Virus record (IMG/VR): IMGVR_UViG_3300011438_000022
Location: 1 to 40,083 of that record
Direction: 5' to 3' (one strand)
DNA from: a virus
Taxonomy: Duplodnaviria; Caudoviricetes
DNA length: 40,083 nucleotides
The position numbers were made by a program, and so were the translations under genes. This document shows, one piece after another, positions 8,784-18,575 of the stretch. A model generated the notes under the pieces. The model saw nothing but the letters and a program-made list of their open reading frames with translations. It was not told the origin of the DNA and did not search any database. Position 1 is the stretch's first letter, and each line of letters starts with the position of its first letter.

Positions 8784-9235
8784 AATAACTTATAAAGTAA
8801 CACAGTATTTAAATCAGTATCAATGAGGCGTAAAAATCCTTTGTTTATAAAAGATTCAACTGGTATATTTACGACAGCTGAAGGTTCAATCATCATAAAT
8901 TTAAATCCAAAGTAGGTTGCTAGTAAAGTTGAAATATCTATAATTTCATTAAGTTCAGAAGACTGTTTTATCTGTTTAAATTTAGAAACCCAGGCTACAG
9001 CTCTTTTACCTGGTAATTCGAGCAGTCTAAAAGCAAAAACATGCTTTTCTTTAGTTTCTATGGAAAAAAGTATATCAAGGGTTCCCGGAGAAAAGTCAGA
9101 AGGGTCTAGATTATCATAAAATTCAAAAAACTCAAATGCTCTATTATGAATTGAATCATAGCAAAGTATTTGAAGAACATTAAGTGAGAGTTTCCTCATT
9201 AGCTCCTGTAGTAGATTCTGTAATTGATTCTTCAT
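8780..9235 (-). CDS. Hypothetical protein, possibly a divergent GNAT-like paralog
   Basis: FRLLELPG...LATYFGFKFMMI...KGF...LLYKLL parallels the layout of the CCG family but lacks the Cys motif. Confidence 0.55.
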   Translation of the reverse strand: MKNQLQNLLQELMRKLSLNVLQILCYDSIHNRAFEFFEFYDNLDPSDFSPGTLDILFSIETKEKHVFAFRLLELPGKRAVAWVSKFKQIKQSSELNEIIDISTLLATYFGFKFMMIEPSAVVNIPVESFINKGFLRLIDTDLNTVLLYKLL

Positions 9236-9887
9236 TTAAGAGCTCGTCTATAAGGTGAATTGATAATTTATCGTAGATCTCTTCGGCATGGTATTGAAAT
9301 CCGAGGATTGGCCTGGTCTTATGTTTAAAACATTCAACAACATCGTAAGGACCAACAGCAATAGTTTCAAATTCACTAGATAAATCACTTGCTCGTGAAA
9401 TTCCCTGATGATGGAGCGAGTTTACCTTCAGTGCGTCCTCTTTATTATCAACCTTAAGTTCACGCATCAAACTGTGAAACTTAGGCGTGAAATGAAGTTG
9501 ATGAACTGATTGATCTCTGCTTTTATCACTATATGGGTGATAACAATTTTGAGTAAGAGATCCTCCAAAATAAACATTTAATTGCTGCATTCCAAGGCAA
9601 ATTCCAACAATCTTAATGCCAGATTCCACATACTGCGGTAAGTTATTAAGAAAGAAGTACTCTTTCATAACGTCTGGATTTGTGTTGAAATAAGAAGGCG
9701 TCTGTCCATAATGATGGGAAAGCAAATCCTGGCCTCCAGGAAGTATAAGAAGATCTCCTTCTATAATTCCCTTCATAGGAGCAAGAACTACAGGATCTCC
9801 CCATTGAGATATAAATTCCATATAGGCTCTTCCTACTCCAAAGGTTGTTTCTCCTAGTAATCCGCCAGGGATTAGTATTCTTTTCAT
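9180..9887 (-). CDS. Class I glutamine amidotransferase / peptidase C26 (PuuD-like gamma-glutamyl hydrolase)
   Basis: LPGGQD, GICLGMQ nucleophile elbow, VNSLHHQ and QYHAE triad. Confidence 0.92.
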   Translation of the reverse strand: MKRILIPGGLLGETTFGVGRAYMEFISQWGDPVVLAPMKGIIEGDLLILPGGQDLLSHHYGQTPSYFNTNPDVMKEYFFLNNLPQYVESGIKIVGICLGMQQLNVYFGGSLTQNCYHPYSDKSRDQSVHQLHFTPKFHSLMRELKVDNKEDALKVNSLHHQGISRASDLSSEFETIAVGPYDVVECFKHKTRPILGFQYHAEEIYDKLSIHLIDELLNEESITESTTGANEETLT

Positions 9888-10564
9888 AATTCTTTATTAA
9901 AAAAATTTAAAAATATTGTTTGCATCCACTTAACCGTCGGTTGATCTCCACTTCTACGAAACATCATTTCTGGGTGAAATTGTATAGCAAGTCCATTAGT
10001 GTCTTTGAATAGAACTACTTCTAACTCTTTAAAACTGGATGGAAGCCAAATAGGCTTCTCAAATCCATTTTCATACACAGAAGAAAGATTATTAGTAGAC
10101 CAGCCAAGAATTTTATACTTACTCTTTTCAAGGTTGTAAGGAAGCATCATTTGATGATGAATTGAATTTACAGTTAATTTCTGTTTATCAAATGTACTCA
10201 TGTAATGATTGCCACAATGATTACTCACGTCTTGAATTAATTTTCCCCCGGATAAAGCACAAATCAATTGTCCACCTCTGCAAACCCCGACTACATGTAT
10301 TTCTTTGCCTTCTTTTCTTAACTCTTGTACGTGTTCAAAGTCTTCTTTTTCCTTTTTGTCACGATTGCTTGGAGCATTTGTTCTTGGACCTACTTTTTCT
10401 CCGTAAAACCCTGGATCTATATCTTTGCCTCCTCCGAAAACTACAACATTTGCTTCATCGATGTTGTTGGTTAAAGTAAAGCCAAGAGGAACAATCCAGT
10501 TGGCTTCACTAGTATATCCGTAAGAACAATAAATTTTACCTAAGTAATTCTCTGATTTGGTCAT
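9884..10564 (-). CDS. Second class I glutamine amidotransferase / peptidase C26
   Basis: FGGGKDI, GVCRGGQ, VNSIHHQM and QFHPE. Confidence 0.92.
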   Translation of the reverse strand: MTKSENYLGKIYCSYGYTSEANWIVPLGFTLTNNIDEANVVVFGGGKDIDPGFYGEKVGPRTNAPSNRDKKEKEDFEHVQELRKEGKEIHVVGVCRGGQLICALSGGKLIQDVSNHCGNHYMSTFDKQKLTVNSIHHQMMLPYNLEKSKYKILGWSTNNLSSVYENGFEKPIWLPSSFKELEVVLFKDTNGLAIQFHPEMMFRRSGDQPTVKWMQTIFLNFFNKEL

Positions 10565-11309
10565 ATTTACCCTCCTTGTAAAGAACCATTAATTGACTTT
10601 TTTGTATATTAGTTTTAAACTTTCCAAATGCCAAGTTAAGACATGTTCCTTTTAGAGCTTCTTTAAACCTTCCAAGAGTTGTAAGCTCCTGAGGAAGAAA
10701 CCCGTATAAAAATCCTTTGCCTCCACTGTAAATCCATCCGTAATTAGCTATTTGAAAACATTCAAACCACGAAAACTCTGGAAACGCCTCTTTTATGTCG
10801 AGCATATCTAAGTAAATATTTTGATAATTGCCCGAAAATAGACATCTTATTAAACAAAAAGAAAAATAATTCTCTAATTTTGTTCTTTGATCACTATTTT
10901 TAATTAAAAAACAAACCCAGTCATTGCCTGTTATAATACAGCTTTCTGCATCTGGCTGTCCGTCTGCTACTGAGGCGCCTACATTGACAGCCATCTTAAA
11001 TTTAATGTCTTTAATATTATGTTCCTCAGTATTTACAGTTCCTAAATACTCTAAATTACCTTCAAAACTGTTAAAAATTTCTACTAATTCTTCAAGTCGT
11101 CCTTCTAAGTTCTCAGGCAACCACTCTTTAGGATATATAAGAGTTCTTTCAAATCCTGGTGCAGTTGTGCTATGCATGCTTCCACAACATCCTGACTTAT
11201 ATATGACAGAATTGATAGTGTCGACAATCTTACTTTTAGAACTTTTACTTGCAACTCCATTAATTCCAACAACATCTAGTCCATGTCGTCTGTATTCTCT
11301 AGATCTCAT
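10536..11309 (-). CDS. Hypothetical protein within the ligase cluster, containing an SGCCG motif
   Basis: ORF track 10536..11366; the ATG at 11309 overlapping the amidoligase stop is the more plausible start. Confidence 0.7.
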   Translation of the reverse strand: MRSREYRRHGLDVVGINGVASKSSKSKIVDTINSVIYKSGCCGSMHSTTAPGFERTLIYPKEWLPENLEGRLEELVEIFNSFEGNLEYLGTVNTEEHNIKDIKFKMAVNVGASVADGQPDAESCIITGNDWVCFLIKNSDQRTKLENYFSFCLIRCLFSGNYQNIYLDMLDIKEAFPEFSWFECFQIANYGWIYSGGKGFLYGFLPQELTTLGRFKEALKGTCLNLAFGKFKTNIQKSQLMVLYKEGKYDQIRELLR

Positions 11310-12936
11310 AAACCTCCTTTCCTTGAAACTTAAATTTACAATCGTTGTCAAACCAGGTCGTCTCAATTGATTTGTGGCTTGACTTAAATGATCCAGTGGA
11401 AGTACAGAAAAGGTTTTTTCTTAATTCAAAATAATCAATTAAATAGGTAGCTAATTTGGGCCTAAAACTTGCTTTTATAATACCGTTTAAAGAAATTTCA
11501 TCATGGAAACTCTTATCGAAATTTTCCGCGTATTTCAAAATTGCCGAACCAAGACACATGAACATTAACACCTTATTAAAGTTTGTTGTTGCTTCGCTTA
11601 TTCTAAACTCGATGGTCCTTGAATGAGCAAAAAACAAATTCAGTATGTTTGTCCACATGTAGCGACTACTTCTATTCCATTTATGGCCTTGAACAGCGTG
11701 TCTTGGAAGTTTTGTAGTAAAATTGTAGTTTCTGACTCTGTAGCAAATTTGAGATTGCTTTTTACCTTGTATTATTTCTGTGCGTGTTTCTCGAACAAAA
11801 GCTTCCTCGTATTTTTCTCCTAATGGATGCCCGTTATTTAACCAAGTATAGATTTTATTAAATTCACGGATTACTTTATTTTTAAACTCCTCGTCTGTTT
11901 TAGAGGATAAAATAGTAGTAACATCTATTTCTAAGTCTGGAAGCAGGCACGCATAAATCTTTCCGTTGTCCTGAATTGAATTCGTTCTAGAAAAAGGGAA
12001 GCATTTTCTTAAAGAATCTTGGATATTATACAGGATGTGCCAAAGAGATATCACATACAGTTTATCTCTTCTTACATCCCCGAAATGAACGTGGGTTGAA
12101 CACCGATTTGAAAGTCTACATCTTTTTGAAAGTTCTTCACACATTTTTTTTACAAAGTAAAGACCTTTTCCACCTTCCATTGGGATTCCTACGTATTCAA
12201 TTCCCTCTCCCAAAGAACCGTCTCTACATGGTCTAAAACCAAGTGCTTCTCTTACCCTTTTTGGACAATGTCCCTCTTGGACTTCAAACTCGAGTCCAAA
12301 TGTAAAAGGTATATTAGGAGCAAATTTCATTAGTTTTATAGGAACTTTTTCTTTGTTATTGTCATAGAGTTCCTCTAGGGTTTGACGATAATCTCTATCA
12401 TCATCAAGGGAATAAACATTTGTTCTTTCAGTAGAAGGGATGTTTGGAAGGTTCATCTTTATTAAATCATCTGTAGAGCAGTCTGTTATTTTGTAAAAAC
12501 AGCTGTCAAAGATCGATTCTTGATACCCGTAATCAATTGCAACCTTTTCGTTTATGGCGGTTGCTCGGTTCCATTTTTTCTCGCTGAATTTTGTATCTGA
12601 CAAGCTTTTTGAAAGTGGGTCATAAATACTCTTTTTAAAAAAGGTATCTTCTTTAAACCAAATAATAACCTCTTTACTTATCTCAGAGTAGTGTCCAAAG
12701 GACCCGTCTTCTACGAGTCCTTTGTGTCCTACAAAATCTTTAGCAAACACCCATATTTTCTTAGACCAGTCAAAAATAATCTTACCTGTTGTTGTACGAT
12801 ACCAAATTTTGTCAGACATTTCAACACAAGATGCTCCTTCTTCGAAGTATTCTGATTTTCCCATCTCGTTTTTAATTTTTCTAGCTTTATTTCTTGGTAT
12901 CAGCTTTCCTTGAAAATCTTTTACTAATTCTGGCAT
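11299..12936 (-). CDS. Amidoligase-2 family COOH-NH2 ligase with an N-terminal extension
   Basis: TFGLEFE, DGSL...IEYV, CSTHVHFG and TIEFR motifs. Confidence 0.88.
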   Translation of the reverse strand: MPELVKDFQGKLIPRNKARKIKNEMGKSEYFEEGASCVEMSDKIWYRTTTGKIIFDWSKKIWVFAKDFVGHKGLVEDGSFGHYSEISKEVIIWFKEDTFFKKSIYDPLSKSLSDTKFSEKKWNRATAINEKVAIDYGYQESIFDSCFYKITDCSTDDLIKMNLPNIPSTERTNVYSLDDDRDYRQTLEELYDNNKEKVPIKLMKFAPNIPFTFGLEFEVQEGHCPKRVREALGFRPCRDGSLGEGIEYVGIPMEGGKGLYFVKKMCEELSKRCRLSNRCSTHVHFGDVRRDKLYVISLWHILYNIQDSLRKCFPFSRTNSIQDNGKIYACLLPDLEIDVTTILSSKTDEEFKNKVIREFNKIYTWLNNGHPLGEKYEEAFVRETRTEIIQGKKQSQICYRVRNYNFTTKLPRHAVQGHKWNRSSRYMWTNILNLFFAHSRTIEFRISEATTNFNKVLMFMCLGSAILKYAENFDKSFHDEISLNGIIKASFRPKLATYLIDYFELRKNLFCTSTGSFKSSHKSIETTWFDNDCKFKFQGKEVYEI

Positions 12937-15245
12937 ACATCATCTAATTCTCGTGTAGTAATATTGTATTTTGAAAGTAGAATTTTTTTGTTCAAATTTT
13001 TCGATTTCTTAATAATATAATTAAGAGCTAATCGATAAATGTTTAACTTAGTTGTATCATCTGAGTGCACTATTTTAGCATTTTCTAAAGCAATAATACT
13101 TTTATAAAGATCTCCTACTATATCATGGAGATCTTTGTCTGCTCCCGCAAATGAATCTAAAAGCTTCAAATAAAAAGGTTCAACAGTTAAAAACTGATAA
13201 GAAAGCCTAATAGAAGTCTTTAAGGCAGAAAGTCCAGGAATGGTTCCTAGAGATTTGTTAGCGCTCCATTCTTTCATTGAGACTACTCCAATGTCATGAT
13301 AGAGATTGTTTATTCCTAGAAAAAGGTCTAATAGATATTTCTTTTCATCAGTTGGAACCCAACATGCTATAGCATCATCAAAGGATTGAAAACTACCAAA
13401 AAGAAACTGGTTTTTAAATTCTGCTGTTTGAAACCAGCACCCTTCTTCAGTAAAATGATCAGCAAGAAGCTCCTCTGTATCGACAGAATCATCATCGGTA
13501 GACTCATCATTGAAATCTTCTACAAGTTTAGGCTTAGATTTAGCTAAAATCTCCTGCCTGCAAGTGGTAGAGAGGGCCTCAGCAATTAATATGTTAAAGC
13601 TTTCATTGTCTCCAAGCTCATCTGACCATCCATAAGTTTCAGACCATCTTGATCTTTCAATAGATGCAAGATCTGTGTTAGGAACGTGCTTATATCTTTT
13701 AATTACCATTACCAAAGCATCCAAGAAATTATCGAAAGTGTTTCCAATTACTGTTATATTCTTTAGCTCTTTATAATCTTGAAAAAGCTCAAAGGGCATA
13801 TTATAAATGGATTCAGCAGACACCTTTCTATCTATTAAATATTTAACAGCTTCTGTGGTAGAAAGTTCTTTAGCATAATCATTTTCTGTTGCTTTTGAAC
13901 CGTAAGCGGTAAACATTAACAAGCCGGCTCTATTTATACCGAATTTTTTATTCGATAAAGGAGGTTGCCATTCGTATTTATCATTAAGGCCCATAGTTGG
14001 AACCAGGTCTTTATGCCAGAAAATGTCTGATCCCCCTGGAAAACTTTTACCTAAAACAGGATATTTAGAATGCTGTCCAATTTCTCCAAAAGTTAGATTC
14101 TTGAAAATATCCGGTCTGAATTTGTCTGAACGACAACATTTATTGTACAATTGTCCGTAATTCTCTTTATCTCTCATTATAACTCCCATGATCAGGTAGA
14201 TCTTTTCATAGTTATCTTTATCGTCTTTTTCGGTAAGAGTTTTTAATACGCGTCTACCATTTTTTTCAAGAAATAAATCACCAGTATGCAAATGACCATT
14301 AAAATAAAAAAGATGATTCTCCCAGTAATATCCGTCTTTACTTTTTGTATGGGACGTACTCTCCATATTGACGTCCGGCCTTGAATGTTCTCTGAAATTT
14401 CTAAAGTTTACGTTTGTCCTAATGAAAGGTTTTGAATATGGCTTTTTGTCAGTTAAATCCCACTTTTGAGTTATGTGTCCATTTGTGAATTTAAACAACA
14501 TTCCTGGTTCGAATTCTACAACAGTCTCTTCAGTAGCTCCAATGGCAACAAGAGCTTCTTTTACAGAAGAAATGTAAGTTTTATTAGGGGTCTCCATCCA
14601 ATAATAAAGCTCTCTTATTTTATCTCTGTGAACATAGAGAGTGTTTTTTGCGCTTATTGGATAAAATACAACAGTAGCAGAACCTTCGTATTCTTTGAGC
14701 ACCTCCATATTCTTGTCTTCCCAATTTTGAGTAAGAATTTTCCCAAGTTGAATTGAGTCGCTATATTGGTACGCGCTGTGCTCCAGATTATACTTATGAC
14801 ACAAGTCGCTAACGTTAGTTATTGTTCCATTATGAACTAAAAACAGGAACGGGCGTTTTGCATCTTCCGTTTTCTTAAACGAATGCGGATGAGCAAATTC
14901 TTTACTTTCTTTAGAGTACATTGCAGTTGCTTGTCTACAATGACCCAATACAGCAAAATTCTTTTTAGAAAGCACTTGAAAATTAAACATCTCTCCATTT
15001 TTTACCAGAAACTCTTTAGCATCAATAGTTTCTTTGAGAATCTCATCCTCTATACACATTCCAGTTGCATGATCTCCCCTTGCCATATTGTATAATGCAA
15101 GAATTCTCATTTTCCATCCGTCTGCGGGTTCTGTACCACAATAGCACCAAAGACCGCAAAAGAGGGTGTTAAATTTCTTTCCTCTCTTTAACATTATGTA
15201 ACAGTATAAACTGTTTATAAAAAGTAATATTATTAGTAAGTTCAC
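12924..15245 (-). CDS. Class II (Ntn) glutamine amidotransferase with a leader peptide and a long C-terminal region of unknown function
   Basis: CGLW at residue 30, RGDHATG, GHCRQAT, AHPH, HNGTITN and SDS motifs. Confidence 0.88.
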   Translation of the reverse strand: MNLLIILLFINSLYCYIMLKRGKKFNTLFCGLWCYCGTEPADGWKMRILALYNMARGDHATGMCIEDEILKETIDAKEFLVKNGEMFNFQVLSKKNFAVLGHCRQATAMYSKESKEFAHPHSFKKTEDAKRPFLFLVHNGTITNVSDLCHKYNLEHSAYQYSDSIQLGKILTQNWEDKNMEVLKEYEGSATVVFYPISAKNTLYVHRDKIRELYYWMETPNKTYISSVKEALVAIGATEETVVEFEPGMLFKFTNGHITQKWDLTDKKPYSKPFIRTNVNFRNFREHSRPDVNMESTSHTKSKDGYYWENHLFYFNGHLHTGDLFLEKNGRRVLKTLTEKDDKDNYEKIYLIMGVIMRDKENYGQLYNKCCRSDKFRPDIFKNLTFGEIGQHSKYPVLGKSFPGGSDIFWHKDLVPTMGLNDKYEWQPPLSNKKFGINRAGLLMFTAYGSKATENDYAKELSTTEAVKYLIDRKVSAESIYNMPFELFQDYKELKNITVIGNTFDNFLDALVMVIKRYKHVPNTDLASIERSRWSETYGWSDELGDNESFNILIAEALSTTCRQEILAKSKPKLVEDFNDESTDDDSVDTEELLADHFTEEGCWFQTAEFKNQFLFGSFQSFDDAIACWVPTDEKKYLLDLFLGINNLYHDIGVVSMKEWSANKSLGTIPGLSALKTSIRLSYQFLTVEPFYLKLLDSFAGADKDLHDIVGDLYKSIIALENAKIVHSDDTTKLNIYRLALNYIIKKSKNLNKKILLSKYNITTRELDDVCQN

Positions 15246-15733
15246 AGTGTAAAATTTAATTGTTTATAATAAAGAGTAATGTCGTTAGAGGTTCTTCTGT
15301 TATTGAGTGTCATGTAAGAATTATACCCCCGGACTCTAATAAAGTCTCTTGTAGACCTAAGACTGATAAAAATAACAGAGTATCCTAAAAGGTAGAGGAA
15401 GTCCTCCAACCATTCAAAAACATTATCTGTAGCCTCCCATGAACTCATGTAAATGGTAACTGCGCCACAAAGACCTCCTACTTGCGCGTAATAAAATACA
15501 TCATTAGATACGTTGCTATGAATTACATGCAATTCAAATCTAACTTTAGAACCCCAATCTTTTACTAAAACGGAAAGTCTATGAGACAAATCTATATTAC
15601 TTTCAAGCGATCCGTCTCTTGCAATCATCTTCGCAGTAATATTTTTATGTTTTTCTCTAAATGCTTCTTCTACTTTTTCGTTTATAAAAGTATGCGTCTG
15701 AAAAGTTCTATTGTCTGGTTTTAAATTTATCAT
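15242..15733 (-). CDS. GNAT-like (C)CG-family protein, paralog 2
   Basis: GGLCG...LYLLGYSVIF...RGY...LNNRRTSNDITLYYKQL. Confidence 0.65.
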   Translation of the reverse strand: MINLKPDNRTFQTHTFINEKVEEAFREKHKNITAKMIARDGSLESNIDLSHRLSVLVKDWGSKVRFELHVIHSNVSNDVFYYAQVGGLCGAVTIYMSSWEATDNVFEWLEDFLYLLGYSVIFISLRSTRDFIRVRGYNSYMTLNNRRTSNDITLYYKQLNFTL

Positions 15734-16568
15734 ATTTTTGTGCTAGAATTTTAGGTAATTCTTTTTTATAAACTTCTGCGGTAATTTTTCCAAGAGATGG
15801 GGCGCTATTAATTTCTATGATATAAAAGTCAGGATCTTTTCTCGTTTTACTTTCTTTATCGACAGTAGATTGAACCCTGAGATCAACAGCTCCAATATCT
15901 AGTCCTACAGCATTTAGAGCCTTTTTACACTCCTCAACTATCTTGTCCCAATTAACCGGTTTATCAAAAACATTACTTTCAGTTTCTCTAAATCCAATAA
16001 AATTACCATGTTGATTCAAACTTGGCTGATACTCACAAATCCATGCGCAAGTTTCATCGTTTCGTACCCATCTCTTATTTTTAGGAGTGTCGTTTTTAAG
16101 TAATTTTCTTAAACAGTAAATTGGGCCATGATTTGTTATATGAACACGATACTCTCTTGCTCCAGAAAAAAATTGTTCTACAATGTAGTTTTCAAGACTT
16201 TTAGATTTGATAAAAGACTCGAAGTCCGCAGGAGAATCGATCTTGTAATTTCCTCGTCCTCTTGAGCCAAAGATGTTTTTAATAACTATTGGAAAATCTA
16301 GATTAATTTTTCCATTAGTAAGCCCCTTTCCACTGATCTTAAGACCAGATAGTCTGCACCAAGGCAAGTGTTTGACACTTCCTTTATCAAAAGCAGTCTT
16401 CATTTTTAACTTAGAAGAAGAATTTTGAATTGCTTCTATAGAGTTTATCTCTTTTGAATGAGGTGTTTGATTAGTAGATCCGTGGCGATAAACAGCTGAA
16501 AACGGTATGATTATCGTTTTTCTTAAAGCTTTACAGCTTGGATGTCTTGACCTTATTGCTAGTTTCAT
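15708..16568 (-). CDS. ATP-grasp ligase (RimK/YheCD-like)
   Basis: FPIVIK..FGSRGRG, EQFF...EYRVH, GLDIGAVD and IEINSAPSL. Confidence 0.9.
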   Translation of the reverse strand: MKLAIRSRHPSCKALRKTIIIPFSAVYRHGSTNQTPHSKEINSIEAIQNSSSKLKMKTAFDKGSVKHLPWCRLSGLKISGKGLTNGKINLDFPIVIKNIFGSRGRGNYKIDSPADFESFIKSKSLENYIVEQFFSGAREYRVHITNHGPIYCLRKLLKNDTPKNKRWVRNDETCAWICEYQPSLNQHGNFIGFRETESNVFDKPVNWDKIVEECKKALNAVGLDIGAVDLRVQSTVDKESKTRKDPDFYIIEINSAPSLGKITAEVYKKELPKILAQKYDKFKTRQ

Positions 16569-16971
16569 ACATGAATTTTAAGGTGTCTGTTCTGGGATAT
16601 TTAGTTTCTGATTCTTTAATACTAGTTGTAATAATTGCTTCAGAAGGCAAGTTAACCCCAGCATAACCCTTAAAAGCCAGTAGAAATTCATCATTAATAA
16701 CTACAGATATAATTAAAAAATGTATTGTTTTTTTAATATATTCAAGAACTTCTTCAGTTACTCTGTAAACATTACCTATGACTTTTCCCCCCGTCACTTC
16801 ACAAAGAGTATAACTACTATTGGGAGAACTACGTATTACTGAGAGGCCTTCTAATTCAACCCCTTTTCTTTCATACTTAATACTTCCTGGAAAAAGTCGA
16901 TACAGGAGACGTCTATAATAACCTTTATACGGAATCATCCCGCAATCGAAAAGTTTAATCCACTTTTTCAT
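16531..16971 (-). CDS. Divergent gamma-glutamylcyclotransferase (AIG2-like)
   Basis: LFDCGMI in place of vFvYGtL, plus VIGNVYRVTEEVLEYI; occupies the GGCT position of phiEco32-type clusters. Confidence 0.5.
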   Translation of the reverse strand: MKKWIKLFDCGMIPYKGYYRRLLYRLFPGSIKYERKGVELEGLSVIRSSPNSSYTLCEVTGGKVIGNVYRVTEEVLEYIKKTIHFLIISVVINDEFLLAFKGYAGVNLPSEAIITTSIKESETKYPRTDTLKFMYETSNKVKTSKL

Positions 16972-17977
16972 TTATTTTTTCATTTATTTTTCTAACAAGT
17001 TGATGTTTAGGATACACATGATCTCGGTTTTGTTTGTAAAACTCAGCAAAATCTTTTGCTTCAGAGAAGTATAAAAAGTCTAAGTTATATATTTGTTTAT
17101 AAAGTAGCATTGCTTTTACTCCTGTAGAATCATTATCAAACACTGTAAAAAGATTTGGATACAGCTCTTTTAAATAGTTTATGTCACTAAAGTTAATTAA
17201 GACTCTTTCGCTAATAGGAGCTACAACTTCTACCTCAATTCCAGTGCCTTTAATAGAGAGCATGTCTTTCATAGAGGAGCAAATGAGGCATGTTTTATTT
17301 TTTATTCCTAATTGTTCTCTTCCTAGTAATTCACTTTCAATTGTAATGTGCTTAAGATCTGTATAATATGGATTATAAATCTTCAGAATTTTATGCATAT
17401 CGGAGAAAAAACCATAAGAATGTCTTATACGCATTTTGGAATGCATTTTTATTATCCCGTTTTCTTTTAGTTTTTTTCCAAGTTGAAACCACTCCAAGGG
17501 ATAGACATTATAATTTTCAAGAAGTTTTTTAGTTATCCCATAAGCGCCCCAATAATCAAGATCATATTGTTCCCATTTAGCTATACGAAAATCCGCGAAT
17601 AGATTTGATTCAATATAATCTGACTCTATTTCATCTTCTGAATACTCGCCGTGTACGATTGTCCAAGTTGAATACGCCTTTTTAACTATTTGAACAGCTT
17701 GATTCCAAGGTATTTCTTCTCCAAGATTATGTTCTAAAATGGCTTTAACAAGGCTAACTCCAGTTGAACCGCTTTTTCCTGAAGAAAAGTCTTTCCATCT
17801 ATATTTACCATCTTTCAAATAAACAAACATAGAGGGGGTGCTTTCAGTGTTAAAAGAACTAAAGACCCTTATTCTTCGTCCATCAAGAGGTTCTTTGAGG
17901 TTTAAGTAATATTTATATATCCATCCAGCGGGCACTTCAGGTACATCGACAGGTATGTCTTTGATTTTTATAACCAT
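16955..17977 (-). CDS. DNA primase (crAss-like, Toprim)
   Basis: N-terminal SSFNTESTPS...WKDFSSG domain, ICSSMKD and FDNDSTG...AKDFAE. Confidence 0.85.
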   Translation of the reverse strand: MVIKIKDIPVDVPEVPAGWIYKYYLNLKEPLDGRRIRVFSSFNTESTPSMFVYLKDGKYRWKDFSSGKSGSTGVSLVKAILEHNLGEEIPWNQAVQIVKKAYSTWTIVHGEYSEDEIESDYIESNLFADFRIAKWEQYDLDYWGAYGITKKLLENYNVYPLEWFQLGKKLKENGIIKMHSKMRIRHSYGFFSDMHKILKIYNPYYTDLKHITIESELLGREQLGIKNKTCLICSSMKDMLSIKGTGIEVEVVAPISERVLINFSDINYLKELYPNLFTVFDNDSTGVKAMLLYKQIYNLDFLYFSEAKDFAEFYKQNRDHVYPKHQLVRKINEKINEKVD

Positions 17978-17982
17978 AAGTA

Positions 17983-18015
17983 AAATTAAAAAGGGAGCAC
18001 TTTCGTACTCCCTTT
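17983..18015 (-). terminator. Rho-independent terminator
   Basis: AAAGGGAGTAC-GAAA-GTGCTCCCTTT followed by a T-rich tract on the minus strand. Confidence 0.85.
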
Positions 18016-18016
18016 A

Positions 18017-18538
18017 TTATATAGCAAGTATGCTATTTGTGTAATTTTCATGTTTTTCTCGAGTATCCAGAAGTATTCCATCCACAGTTCTATACATTTT
18101 GTTGTAAGAATCATACTTAAGATATCTATGAAGTCTGTAATGATCCGCTACTTTAAGCTCGATTACTTCTAAGAAATGAGCCTCGTTATAAGACCAATGA
18201 TGTAGGTTAAACCCTTCTTTTCTTTTTAAGTGACACGCGGCTTTAGCGGCTTCATATCTTTCTGGATGCTTCGATAGCCACTTGTTTATGGCCTCCTTTC
18301 TACTTCTTGATGGTGGTTTTTTATATCTATAGTTTAACCTATAGTATTTATTCCGCCCTCGAGCTCTTTCCTTTTGAATAAACGATGGATCGGTTCTGTT
18401 TTCTCTTTCTTTAAATTTTTGATAGGCCTTCTTGCATTCTTTACAAATGTTCAAATGACCATCAAGCATTTCTTTATGCTTATAGAATTCATCAAGAGAT
18501 TTCGAAATTCCACATTTTCTACATATCTTTGCATTCAT
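18017..18538 (-). CDS. Free-standing HNH-type (homing) endonuclease with an N-terminal Zn finger
   Basis: CRKC...EFY...CKEC zinc finger and HHWSYN...H..LH; start placed at the ATG after the promoter. Confidence 0.75.
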   Translation of the reverse strand: MNAKICRKCGISKSLDEFYKHKEMLDGHLNICKECKKAYQKFKERENRTDPSFIQKERARGRNKYYRLNYRYKKPPSRSRKEAINKWLSKHPERYEAAKAACHLKRKEGFNLHHWSYNEAHFLEVIELKVADHYRLHRYLKYDSYNKMYRTVDGILLDTREKHENYTNSILAI

Positions 18539-18575
18539 ACTACAAAGATACAACATTTATTTTAAAATAGCGAAT
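18539..18575 (-). promoter_or_regulatory. Bacteroidota-type promoter (-7 TATCTTTG), 4 nt upstream of ATG
   Basis: Minus strand reads TTCG...TATCTTTG-TAGT-ATG. Confidence 0.78.
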
